From a virus (lineage: Duplodnaviria; Caudoviricetes), in the IMG/VR virus record IMGVR_UViG_3300028878_000001, positions 1 through 57,976 of that record: a stretch of DNA of 57,976 nucleotides, one strand, 5' to 3'. The position numbers and the translations under genes are program-made. This document shows positions 42,115-51,259 of the stretch, one piece after another; within the stretch, counting starts at the first letter, position 1; every line of letters starts with the position of its first letter. Under the pieces are notes generated by a model. That model ran no database searches. It worked only from the letters and a program-made list of their open reading frames with translations, and was not told the origin of the DNA.

Positions 42115-42374
42115 TCGCGGGGGTGGTGGCGCTGGACGATCAGGTGTTGGCGGTGCTGCGGGACGCTGAGGGGTTCCCGGTCGCGACCGCCGATGTCGTT
42201 ACCGGGGTCGGCGCCGGCCCGTCGAGCACGCGGGCGTTGGCGGTTGGGCGGCGGCTGCGGGCGCTGACCGCCCGGGGGGAGGTCGCCCGCGAGACGGTGG
42301 AGGGGATGCGGTCGGTGTACTGGCGGCTCGCCGAACCACCAGACCAGCAGGAAGGGGAGGACCTGTGCGGGTGA
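42111..42374 (+). CDS. Winged-helix protein
   Basis: VLAVL...P.AT.DV...V.RRL..L...G.V...YWRL. Confidence 0.6.
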   Translation: MIAGVVALDDQVLAVLRDAEGFPVATADVVTGVGAGPSSTRALAVGRRLRALTARGEVARETVEGMRSVYWRLAEPPDQQEGEDLCG

Positions 42375-42572
42375 GCTTCACCATCCACGCCGGCCCGGGC
42401 CAGTGGTTCGACCCGGACGACTTCGCCCCGATGATCGGTCGGGAGCTGGAGCGGCAGCCGGGGGCGGTGCGGGCGTGGCTGGTGGCCGCTGAGGTGTCAG
42501 CCGACGGCCACAGCGTGGACCTGACCGCCGATCTTGTGGAGCCCAGCGTTGGGCTCGAGGAGGACACCCAGC

Positions 42573-43034
42573 ATGGACAAGACCTTTGACGGCGACTTCG
42601 AGTTCCCCGGGCTGCATCCCCGGCAGTTGTGTGTGTGCCGGCTCAGGGTGTACCGCGAAGACCCGTGGAAGGGGATCATCGCGGTCGCGACCGAGCTGGC
42701 CGGCAACCCGGGCGCCAGCATCACCAACGCCATCGAGGGGCTGTGCGGTCGGGTGTGGCGCGACTTCATCCCGGCCAGCGGCTGGCCGCCGGTGTTGTTC
42801 GACCACTACGACAGCTCCAGCTACGGGCCGGGGGGCCGCACCGGTGACGAGTTCTCGTTCGTGACCTTCCATCAGCTCCACGCCAACCGGTTGGAGGTGG
42901 GCCATCCGGACTGGCGATGGTGGCCGGGGGTGATGGTGCGCAGGCTGGTTGCTGACCCGAGCTTGGGTGACGGGGCCGACCGCAAGCTGGACCGGTTGGA
43001 GCCGGGCGACGACTGGACGGAGGTGGCCGGGTGA
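42573..43034 (+). CDS. Conserved hypothetical protein (153 aa)
   Basis: GAGGAGG RBS; VATEL..NPG.SITNAIE, FDHY. Confidence 0.7.
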   Translation: MDKTFDGDFEFPGLHPRQLCVCRLRVYREDPWKGIIAVATELAGNPGASITNAIEGLCGRVWRDFIPASGWPPVLFDHYDSSSYGPGGRTGDEFSFVTFHQLHANRLEVGHPDWRWWPGVMVRRLVADPSLGDGADRKLDRLEPGDDWTEVAG

Positions 43035-43501
43035 CCAGGCTCTACACCGGCACCCGCGAGGGCGACTTCGGGACGGCGATCTTCGTCACCCTGCTGGAGG
43101 CCCCATCCGAGGACAACAGCGGCATGGGCGGGCGGGCGGGGGAGTATCCGCTGCCGTTTGTGGACAAGTACGAGTGGGAGCGGACCCGGCTCGGCACCCC
43201 GATCCCGATGGCCGACACCCCCGACAGCCGCCGCCACGAGTGGGGCTATGAGGGCACCGGCCCGGCCGACACCGCCGCGTCGATTCTGGCGGATTGGTTT
43301 GGGGAGCCGCAGCCGGCCAGGATTGTGCAGGCGTTCAAGCGGGCCATCGTCGCCGGGCTGCCCCGCAACCGGAGCTGGACGTTGACTGGTGATCGGATCA
43401 CCGAGTGGGTCGAGGGCAACCGGGCGATGTTGGCGCAGGCGCGAGCCGAGGCGGCGATGGATGAGACGGTGCTGGGCCATCGTCTCAGGGGCGACGAGTG
43501 A
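43031..43501 (+). CDS. DUF6166-like protein
   Basis: EWGY.G.GPA..A.SILAD, QAFK..IVA.LP...WTLT...I. Confidence 0.75.
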   Translation: MTRLYTGTREGDFGTAIFVTLLEAPSEDNSGMGGRAGEYPLPFVDKYEWERTRLGTPIPMADTPDSRRHEWGYEGTGPADTAASILADWFGEPQPARIVQAFKRAIVAGLPRNRSWTLTGDRITEWVEGNRAMLAQARAEAAMDETVLGHRLRGDE

Positions 43502-43552
43502 GGCGACGACCTGCTAGGCTGGCCTGGCCGAGTTGAAAGAGGAGGTTACAGG

Positions 43553-43972
43553 ATGCAGGACCAGCGGACGCTCGGGCAGCGGGTCGACCGGATCCGGCGT
43601 CGCGCCCAGCGCGACCCAGAAGGTGCGGCGGTGCTGGCGTCGGCGGTCCTGCGGGAATTGCACGGTGGTGGGGGCCCGGCCGGGCCCTACGCTGAGCTGC
43701 ACACCATCCGCGGCCGAGGGGTCGCGCTGATGGCTCTGCGGCTCGGGCAAGACCGCTACGACCAGCGGGTGGCCCGGGCTGGACGAGAACAGGACCTGGG
43801 CCGTCGGACGGCGCTGCTGGAGCTGGCCGAACGGGAACGTCCTCACTGGAGCGCGGCCGGTCGTCAGCTCGGGATCTCCCACACCGCAGCCCGCGACTTC
43901 GGTGAACCTGCCCTGGCGGAAGCCATGACAGAGCAGGGGCTGCCAACGGCCGTGGTTGGGGCGCCGTCATAG
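43553..43972 (+). CDS. HTH-containing protein
   Basis: GAGGAGG RBS; WSAAGRQLGISHTAAR. Confidence 0.6.
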   Translation: MQDQRTLGQRVDRIRRRAQRDPEGAAVLASAVLRELHGGGGPAGPYAELHTIRGRGVALMALRLGQDRYDQRVARAGREQDLGRRTALLELAERERPHWSAAGRQLGISHTAARDFGEPALAEAMTEQGLPTAVVGAPS

Positions 43973-44600
43973 ACGCCGGGGCGAGGAGGCCAGGGACCGC
44001 CTGGCGGCTGGGATCAGGCGATCCACTCATCGCCGGTCACCCATCGTCGTGGCGGCCGGCCCCTCGCCCCGGCCTTGCCTATTGTCGCTGAGCTGGGGCC
44101 GCGGGCTGGTCGCCGGTTGGTCACGGGCCAGTCTCGGCGTGATGTCGATGCCCTGGTCACGACATCCGGGCGGGTTGGTCCCGCGCATGAGCCGGCCGCT
44201 GGTGGGGATAGACTGGGGTTTGGGTGCAAGCGCGTTGGTGCCGCCCAGGTGGCCCACAGCGGTCAGGCGGCCTCTCTCTTCTCCTAGGCTCGACGTTCCC
44301 GCACCGCCAGCGGCGGGGTCAACGCCAGGGCATGTCGCACGAATCTGAGCCGACCGTCCTCGTCCACCGGGGCCACAGCGGCTAGTGGATGTCGACGCCG
44401 GGTGAGGGAGCTAGGCCACCGTCGAGGTGTGCAGGCAGCGATCCACTCAAGTTCTCTGCCTCCTCTTGGCTGGGGTGCTCAATCTCTCACCCGGCGCTGA
44501 GATCCCCCCGACGTCCGTTCCCGCCCGCTCGCGGCGGGACCGGCCGGCCCCCCACCCAGGTTCTCTCCGTGCTGGAGGGGCATCCCTCGTGCCAGCGGGG

Positions 44601-44990
44601 TCATGCGAGCAGGGCCAGCCACTGCGGCGGCACCATCCCCAAGGGTGGCAGCTCGAACAGATGCTCAGCGAACCACCGCCGCGGCCACAGCATGACGTCG
44701 CGGAGGCGGTCGTCCAGCTCCCGAGGGTCAGGCGGGAACAGCCCGACGGGCCATTCCCACGGCAGGTCGCCGTGGTCGACCCGCCACTCCAGGTCGGCGG
44801 CGAGCTCAGCCCGGGCGATCACCCGGTCGATGTCCTCCAGCGGCGGGCCTTGGTCGGCGGGGTTGCGCCAGCCCCGCGACGGGTTCGGCCGGGGGGGCTG
44901 GGTGAGCCGGCCTGTCCCGCTCGAGTAACCACCACCACGCGGCCGGTAGCCGGCCCGGGCCAGCGGTGGGGTGGCCAGCCCACGTCTCAC
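44601..44990 (-). CDS. Hypothetical protein (129 aa)
   Basis: GTGA coupling to the upstream ORF. Confidence 0.45.
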   Translation of the reverse strand: MRRGLATPPLARAGYRPRGGGYSSGTGRLTQPPRPNPSRGWRNPADQGPPLEDIDRVIARAELAADLEWRVDHGDLPWEWPVGLFPPDPRELDDRLRDVMLWPRRWFAEHLFELPPLGMVPPQWLALLA

Positions 44991-45528
44991 AGATACCCTC
45001 CCGGCTCATACGGCGGCTCAGGGTCGGGGCGGTCGCTGCACTCACCAGGGTCGGGGTCGGTGCGGGTGGGGCAGCAGTCCTCCCCGGGGCAGTCGCGGCC
45101 CTGGCGGATGAAGGCGTCCAGCATCGACCCGCTGACCCCCAGGATCTGACGGTTGGGGGTGATCATCGGGGGCGGGTGGGGGTCGGTGGTCAGGGTCGGC
45201 CAGGCCCCACCACAGTCGGGGGCACCGCAGTCGCAGCGGTCGTCCAGGGGGGGAACCTCGACCAGCTCCAGGATGGCCTGGCGGTCGGGGACGGTCAGGA
45301 CCCCAACCTGGCCGTCGTCGCCCATGGCCTTGATCGCGACCATGCCACCGCCCAGCTCGACCAGGCCGTCGGGGAGGACGGTGGCGGGCCCGAAGGTGCC
45401 ACCCCAGCCCCCGGCCGCGACCCGCATGCCTGGTTGGGTGTCGCCGGCGAACAGCGGCCGCGACACCCAGCTGGGGCCGTCGCGAGCTGGTTTCGGGGTC
45501 AGGCCAGCCAACTTGTTGCCTCCTCCGG

Positions 45529-46146
45529 TCAGGCAGCCACCGCGGCGGCCGCGGCAGGCTGGACGGTGCGGCCCAGGCTTTCCCATTCGGTGTAGGGCCA
45601 GCGGGTGCCGCAGTCGTGGCAGACCACCAGCCCAGCCTGCGGCAACCCAACCAGGGTGCCGGTGCAGACCCCACCGTCGTCGATCAGATCCAGGTCGACC
45701 ACCGGGCACGCTACCCCAAGCGGGATCGCGCGGCTGGACAGCCCGAGGACGCGGCGGGCCGCGACCACCAGCGCATGGAGCCAGTCGGCCACCTCCGGGC
45801 CGGTGTCGAGCTCGGCCAGGGCAGGCGCGGCCCGATCCAGGAACCGCAGGGCCTCGGGCACCCGCGGAGACTGCCGATACCGCACATCCAGCGGCCCCGA
45901 AACCCCCATCCCGAGGGCGTTCTTGGCCTGGACTTCCATCTGCAAGCAGGCGGCGTTGACCTCATGGATAAGGTCGATGACGTCCTCGCGGGCCGGGCCG
46001 GGGGGGTCGTTGCGGTTGCTGCTGTTCTTCTCGCGGGCGGCCTGGCCGCGGATGGTGGCGGGGAACAGGTCCGGGTACAGCCGGCCCAGGGTGCGGGCGT
46101 TGCGTTCGATGCGGCCACAGAGCCGCTCGGTGGCGGGGGTGGTCAT
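45529..46146 (-). CDS. Actinophage protein with C-terminal Zn ribbon, possible late regulator
   Basis: ATGA overlap with whiB; ACP...CTGTL...VCHDCG..W....W..LG. Confidence 0.7.
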   Translation of the reverse strand: MTTPATERLCGRIERNARTLGRLYPDLFPATIRGQAAREKNSSNRNDPPGPAREDVIDLIHEVNAACLQMEVQAKNALGMGVSGPLDVRYRQSPRVPEALRFLDRAAPALAELDTGPEVADWLHALVVAARRVLGLSSRAIPLGVACPVVDLDLIDDGGVCTGTLVGLPQAGLVVCHDCGTRWPYTEWESLGRTVQPAAAAAVAA

Positions 46147-46643
46147 GCGGCGCTCCAGGTTCCCGGCCCAGCGGACGGCTTGAGCCGGCCCGGGTCGACG
46201 TGGTTGCGGCGGGCGATGGTCTGGTCGAGGTCGACCATGCGGCGGGCCTGACCGGTGGGGGAGATGCCGGCTTCGGTGTCGAGCTGGCCGGCTCGGGCCC
46301 ACAGATGGATGACCTCCTCGGAGATGCCGAGGAGGCGGGCAGCCTCAGCGACCGGCAGCCAGCGGCCATGGGCGGGGGGGCGGGGGGTGCCGGGCTGCCA
46401 GCGTTGGAGGCGCAGCAGCTCCCGGTCGGTGTCGGTGGTGCCACCCCAGATGCCTTGCAGCGGGTCTCCGGTGGCGGTGCGGCCCCGGTAGCCTTCGGCC
46501 AGGCAGAGGTCGCGGACGGGGCAGCTGGCACAGTCGGCCAGGGCCAGCCACGGGGCGGGGGTAGCCCAGTCGCCTGGTTCAGGGGTGAAGGCGTCGGGGT
46601 TCGGGGTGCCGCGGCATGCGGCGCGGTTGTGCCACCCAGACAT
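46143..46643 (-). CDS. whiB: WhiB-family Fe-S regulator fused to a MerR/Xis-like HTH
   Basis: W..RAAC..., C..CPV..LC, GIWGG; then LPVAEAARLLGISEEVIHLWARAGQL. Confidence 0.88.
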   Translation of the reverse strand: MSGWHNRAACRGTPNPDAFTPEPGDWATPAPWLALADCASCPVRDLCLAEGYRGRTATGDPLQGIWGGTTDTDRELLRLQRWQPGTPRPPAHGRWLPVAEAARLLGISEEVIHLWARAGQLDTEAGISPTGQARRMVDLDQTIARRNHVDPGRLKPSAGPGTWSAA

Positions 46644-46760
46644 GGGCGGGCTTCTTTCTGTTGGCGATCCACTCGCTGTCTATCGTTGCACGCCAACAGG
46701 GCCGCTAATACACGGGGGCCCAACCCGGCCGATGCGGCCGACCGACCACCACCAGCAGCA

Positions 46761-46960
46761 CTCCCGGAGGCTCCCCCCGGCGGCCAGTCACCGGCCAGCC
46801 ACTCCCCCGCCCGGCCAGCCCGCGGCCAGCCACCTCCCGGGGGCTCCCCCCGGCGGCCAGTCACCTCCCGGCGGCTCCCCCGGCCGGCCAGTCGGGCGGC
46901 CAGCCACTCCCCGCGGGCTCCCCCCCGGGCCGGTCCGCGGCCAGCCACTCCCCGGGGCTC
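46761..46960 (-). repeat. Non-coding array B, inverted relative to array A
   Basis: GGCCAG at 46782/46793, 46813/46824, 46855, 46886/46898 and 46928(GGCCGG)/46939; 46782-46808 is the exact reverse complement of 11058-11084. Confidence 0.85.
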
Positions 46961-46963
46961 AGC

Positions 46964-47197
46964 TCACAGCAGCAGCCGGTGGGGGACCGCCAGGGCGGCC
47001 AGGGGGGGGACGGTGGTGAGCAGGTCACGCTCGAAGCCGGCCAGGTCGGCTTCGTCTTCGGTGGGGGTGATGCGGCAGATGAGGGCGATGACCCCAACAC
47101 CGTCGTCGGTGGTGCCTTCCCACACGCGGGCGTTGACCCGGCCAGCGCCGTCGACAAGCTCGACAACCTTGGCGGTGGAGTTGAGAACGATTCGCAC
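46964..47197 (-). CDS. Conserved small protein (77 aa)
   Basis: GGAGG RBS; STAK.V....ARVWEG.T..G..V...I.RI. Confidence 0.65.
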   Translation of the reverse strand: MRIVLNSTAKVVELVDGAGRVNARVWEGTTDDGVGVIALICRITPTEDEADLAGFERDLLTTVPPLAALAVPHRLLL

Positions 47198-47439
47198 GGG
47201 CGGGCCTCCGTGTCAGTAGTCGTCGGGATGGCGCGGGTCGCGCATCCTCAAGGTGTAGTAGAGCGACAGGCGCAGGGCGCGGCGGACCCGCCTGCAGGCG
47301 TTGCAGGCCAACGCTTCGGCGGGGGTGTGGCCTTGGTGGATGGCCAGCAGGGCACGGCGGTCAGCGGGCGGCAGCAGCGGCATCGGTCAGACTCTCCTGG
47401 TGGACGGCTCAAGTTCACCATAGCTCGCAGGCCGGTCAG

Positions 47440-48009
47440 TCAGGTGCTGGTGGTGGCCAGGCGCTTGTCGGCCGGGTCGGTCGGGCAGCTCGCCGCGCCG
47501 GTGGGGAAGCTGCGGACCTGGGGGTAGCCGGGCACCGTCCAGATCAGGCTGACCGAGTCGGCCGCGCCACCAGCCACGGTCATGGGCCGCTCGGGGGTGA
47601 ACGTCTCCCCGGCGCCGACCCGGATCGAAGGGGCGAGCAGGGTCACCTGGCCGTCCTTGTCGAGCTGGCCGACCAGCGACCCGGCGACCGGCCGACCGCT
47701 GTGGTTCTCCAGCCGCCACCCAACCGCGTAGCCGTCGCCGGCGTAGCGGACACAGGCCACGCTGGTGACCAGGACCTGCAAGGGCCCGGGGGCGCTGGTG
47801 GTGGTGAACGCCTCCGGGCCGGACCCGGTCGGGACCACCCCCGGGGTGGTGGTCGAGGTCGGGACGGCCACGCTGGTCGGCGGCAGGGTCGCTGTCGAGG
47901 TGGTCGGGGTGGGGCCGTCGGAGGCGACCGCGGCCACGACCGCGGCGCCAGTGGCCACGACCAGCATCACCAGCACGATGACGGTGCGGCGCGACACGCG
48001 CTCAGGCAT
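47440..48009 (-). CDS. Exported or membrane-anchored protein with Thr/Pro linker
   Basis: RR plus hydrophobic N-terminus, PTTSTAT linker, beta-rich domain with two Cys. Confidence 0.65.
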   Translation of the reverse strand: MPERVSRRTVIVLVMLVVATGAAVVAAVASDGPTPTTSTATLPPTSVAVPTSTTTPGVVPTGSGPEAFTTTSAPGPLQVLVTSVACVRYAGDGYAVGWRLENHSGRPVAGSLVGQLDKDGQVTLLAPSIRVGAGETFTPERPMTVAGGAADSVSLIWTVPGYPQVRSFPTGAASCPTDPADKRLATTST

Positions 48010-48023
48010 CAGCGGGTTCCTCT

Positions 48024-49109
48024 CTACGGCCAGCAGCCGGCCGCGGCCGGCGGGCCGTCGACCGTGCCGTCGGTGTGGTGGAACTGGTGGGTCCAGGTGC
48101 CGCCCTGCCAGCCGGCCGGGCTCTGGCTGACGGCCAGGTCGAGGGTCTCGACACCGAATGCGGGGCCGTTGTAGCGGTAGCGGAGCCCTTCGGGGGCCGG
48201 GTTGACCCGGAAGTCGGTGTGGCTGCGGCCGCCCATCCCTTCGGTGATCTGGCGCATCCCCGACCCGGTCGGGCTGAGGTGCCGGTCCCAGGTCATGGGG
48301 CCGAAGCGGGCCTCGCTGTGGCTGTGGCCGGACATGACCAGGTCGTTGTGCCAGTGGTTGAGGGCCAGCCAGAACTGGCGGGTGGCGTCGTCGTTGGCGA
48401 AGAACCCCGACCCGATGTACTCGTGATGCCAGACCGCGATCGAGCATTTGCGGCCCGAGGTCTGGCCGCCGTGGCGGGCCGCGAAGAAGGCGTTGAGCCA
48501 GCGGACCTGCTCGCCGTCGCCGGCGCAGCTGGCGGTGTCGACGTCGCCGGTGCCGCCTGCGGCCCGGCCGCAGTTGGAGTCGAGGGTGACGATGAACCAG
48601 TCGGGGCGGGCGTCGCGGTTGGTGTCCAGGTCGATGCCGTAGTAGCCGCGCTCAGGCTGGCAGGGGACCGGGTCGGCCTTGCAGGGCAGGCTGGCGAACA
48701 GCTCGGCGAAGTAGGTGTTGAGGCCGGTGGCGCCGGGCCCGGGGGCTGAGGCGTCGTGGTTGCCTGGTGCCGGGCACAGCACCTTGGGGCCGACCAGCCG
48801 GCCATAGCTGCCGTCGTAGCCCAGCGGCGAGCGGAACATCTCGATCTCGCCGTGCTCGTACATCAGATCGCCGGGCTGGCAAATCCCGTCCGGTTTCAGG
48901 CTGACCAGCAGCTCGGCGGTGGCCTGGTCGAAGGGGCCGGTCGTCTCCCCGACGGGTGGGGCGACGTCGGCAACGAACGCCCACCGGGCGCCGCCAGCGG
49001 GCCAGCTGTAGGGGCCGGTGGGGTCGGCGGCGGCCGGTGCCGGCCAGCCGCCAGCCGCCATCATCGCCACGCACAGCACCACCACCAGCAGGAGGCGGGC
49101 GTGTGTCAC
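48024..49109 (-). CDS. Secreted calcineurin-like metallophosphoesterase
   Basis: Signal peptide; motifs AD, GDLMY, GNHD, WHH, SGHSH. Confidence 0.85.
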   Translation of the reverse strand: MTHARLLLVVVLCVAMMAAGGWPAPAAADPTGPYSWPAGGARWAFVADVAPPVGETTGPFDQATAELLVSLKPDGICQPGDLMYEHGEIEMFRSPLGYDGSYGRLVGPKVLCPAPGNHDASAPGPGATGLNTYFAELFASLPCKADPVPCQPERGYYGIDLDTNRDARPDWFIVTLDSNCGRAAGGTGDVDTASCAGDGEQVRWLNAFFAARHGGQTSGRKCSIAVWHHEYIGSGFFANDDATRQFWLALNHWHNDLVMSGHSHSEARFGPMTWDRHLSPTGSGMRQITEGMGGRSHTDFRVNPAPEGLRYRYNGPAFGVETLDLAVSQSPAGWQGGTWTHQFHHTDGTVDGPPAAAGCWP

Positions 49110-49366
49110 TTGGGATCTCCCTTCCCCTTGACCTCGGGGAGCCGCTCCACCGGGGTGTGGGTGCCGCCAGTATGGTCGTTCCAGAACCCAGCGATCAGCT
49201 CGGCGGCATGGGCGCCGGTGACATAGATCGCGCAGCCAAGCCCGCCGGGGATGCCCTGGCACAGGCACGCGGCGTCCGGTGGTGGCATGGGTGGCTTGCG
49301 GGGCCGCCCGGAGGACCGTCGGGGGATGCCGGCGGCCCGGCGGGACACCCGTGGGGGGCGGGCCAT
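49106..49366 (-). CDS. Hypothetical Cys/His protein (86 aa)
   Basis: GTGA coupling to the phosphoesterase gene. Confidence 0.45.
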   Translation of the reverse strand: MARPPRVSRRAAGIPRRSSGRPRKPPMPPPDAACLCQGIPGGLGCAIYVTGAHAAELIAGFWNDHTGGTHTPVERLPEVKGKGDPK

Positions 49367-49516
49367 CAGCAGCCCGATGGTGTCAGGGGTCGCCTGACAC
49401 TAGAAGGGAGCCGGTCGGGGTGGGACGGCAGGTTCAGCACCCAGCACGCTCCAGGGTCAGAGCGGGGTGGCGCCAGCCCGCCGCCGCGTGGGCCGCCACC
49501 ACCCCACAGTTGCGGG

Positions 49517-49615
49517 TCAGTGCCACTTGACGCCGGCACCGAGCGCGGCCGCGGCCGCGGCCAGGCCAGCGAGGCCGGCCAGCACCCGCCAGGTGCGGGC
49601 ACGTAGGGTCTGCAT
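49517..49615 (-). CDS. 32-aa hydrophobic peptide ending GAGVKWH
   Basis: Tandem RBS AAGGAGGAAGGAGG; MQTLRARTWRVLAGLAGLAAAAAALGAGVKWH. Confidence 0.7.
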   Translation of the reverse strand: MQTLRARTWRVLAGLAGLAAAAAALGAGVKWH

Positions 49616-49641
49616 GGATCCTCCTTCCTCCTTCCTCTCTT

Positions 49642-50175
49642 TTAGAGCCCGCAGGCGACCAGGTTGTCGGTGACGGCGAAGGTGGCGCCGTCCTTGTACC
49701 CGCTGCGGGAGAGCCCGGTGGGGGTGACCCGCCATTCCAGATCGGACCCGTAGTAGGTCTGGGTTGAGCTACCCCAGCAGCCCCAGTTGGAGTAGCGGAC
49801 GACGTAGCTCTCGTTGAAGGTGTCGGCGAAGTTGTTGTTCTCGACCACCACGGCGCCGTCGAGGATCTTCACACGCTCGATCAGGCCCCGCCCGTCGCTG
49901 TTGTTGTCGAAGTCCCAGTCGGCGCCGCTGTCGGCGACCCCGCCCTTGCGGACCCGCATCTCGGACCGGACCCGAACCTTGCCGGTGGTGTAGTCGTGTT
50001 GGAGGCAGCGCCGGACCTCGGCGACGGTGCCGTCACCCCAGGCGGCCGCTGTGTCCCAGTCGACCGCGTTTGGGCGGCAGCCGTAGGTGAGGACCGCCGC
50101 CTGCGCGGGGGCGGCCAGGGCGGTGAGGGTGGCGAGGGCCAGCGTCAAGGCGGCAATCGCACGGATGCGTCGCAT
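49642..50175 (-). CDS. Secreted protein (177 aa)
   Basis: Signal peptide MRRIRAIAALTLALATLTALAAPAQA; four Cys. Confidence 0.75.
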   Translation of the reverse strand: MRRIRAIAALTLALATLTALAAPAQAAVLTYGCRPNAVDWDTAAAWGDGTVAEVRRCLQHDYTTGKVRVRSEMRVRKGGVADSGADWDFDNNSDGRGLIERVKILDGAVVVENNNFADTFNESYVVRYSNWGCWGSSTQTYYGSDLEWRVTPTGLSRSGYKDGATFAVTDNLVACGL

Positions 50176-50253
50176 CAGGTGTCCTTCCATGGGTGGGCCA
50201 GAGGGTTAGCCCCAGCGGATCAGCAACGCGAGGAAGGCAGCGAACAGCACCGG

Positions 50254-51246
50254 TCACCTCCTCCCGGTTGGGTGGGCGAGGCGGACCAGCGCCTCCAGGT
50301 CGGCGGGATGGTCCACCAGCCAGCGGCCGGCGACGAACAGCAGATCATCGGCGTCCAGGGTTCCGACGGGGGTGTGACGAGGTTGGGCAACCGCCTGGAG
50401 GTAGCGGCCCGCCTCGGCCAGGTCCTCGGGCTCCAGCGGCCGGCTGCCCCAGTTGCCGTCGAGCAGGAACCGGAAGTGGCGGTCGAACATGACCTCGGGG
50501 GGCAAGGCACGGTCGACCTGCCAGCTGCGGTTGGGGATGCGGATGGGGGGGGCTTGGGGGATCCCAGCCGCCTGGAAGGTTGCCGCAACCATCGCCGGGG
50601 TCGCTGGCGGCCCCAACCCCCGCTGGGCCATGTGCGCCTTGAGGTTCTGGAGGTCGCCGTCGGCTTCGACGATCACACACACCAGCCCGCCGGTCAGCCC
50701 CCCGAGGGCGGCCAGCATCGGGATCAGCCCGTCGACCTGTTCCAGGTAGTAGACGCCATGCAGGTTGGTGACATAGGCCGGGGGCGGGTCCAGCCTCGCC
50801 CCGGCGGCCAGCTGGGCGAGGAGATCTTGGAGGGTGACCGCCAGCACGTTGACATGCACGCCGTAGCGGATGCTGCCGGCGGTACGGCGGGCCAGCTCGG
50901 CCAGCTGGCGGGCGTCGGGCTCTTCGGCGTGCAACACGAACCGGTCGCTGTCGAGCTCGCCGTACAGGTCGCGGGCGACGGTCAGGGTCTTGGCGGCCTC
51001 GCCGGCGCAGGTGTCCAGCGCCGCCAGCTGGCCAGCGCGGGCGAGATGGGCAAGGTGGCGGGAGAAGTCGGGGAGGGCCTTGAGGGTGGCGGCCAGGGTG
51101 GCCGCGTCGCGGAGGTGTTCGTGTTCGATGGCCTTCGAGGTGGCGTAGCTGCGGACATAGCCGTCGCTGACCGCCCGGTCGGGGTGGTAGGCGGCCAGGG
51201 TGGCGGGGGCGTTGGGGCCCAGGTGGGCGGCCAAGTCAGGATGCAT
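50254..51246 (-). CDS. Putative class I SAM-dependent methyltransferase
   Basis: LDTCAGEA (motif I), LHAEEPD (motif II), NLHGVYYL (motif IV), L.GG.VCVIV; GGAGG RBS. Confidence 0.62.
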   Translation of the reverse strand: MHPDLAAHLGPNAPATLAAYHPDRAVSDGYVRSYATSKAIEHEHLRDAATLAATLKALPDFSRHLAHLARAGQLAALDTCAGEAAKTLTVARDLYGELDSDRFVLHAEEPDARQLAELARRTAGSIRYGVHVNVLAVTLQDLLAQLAAGARLDPPPAYVTNLHGVYYLEQVDGLIPMLAALGGLTGGLVCVIVEADGDLQNLKAHMAQRGLGPPATPAMVAATFQAAGIPQAPPIRIPNRSWQVDRALPPEVMFDRHFRFLLDGNWGSRPLEPEDLAEAGRYLQAVAQPRHTPVGTLDADDLLFVAGRWLVDHPADLEALVRLAHPTGRR

Positions 51247-51259
51247 GCGGGGGCCTCCG

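Noticed and set aside
45962-46948. 328-aa ORF with GEWLA repeats spanning array B
   Set aside because: It overlaps whiB out of frame, and the repeats are spaced 11 bp (not a multiple of 3), so they are DNA-level motifs.
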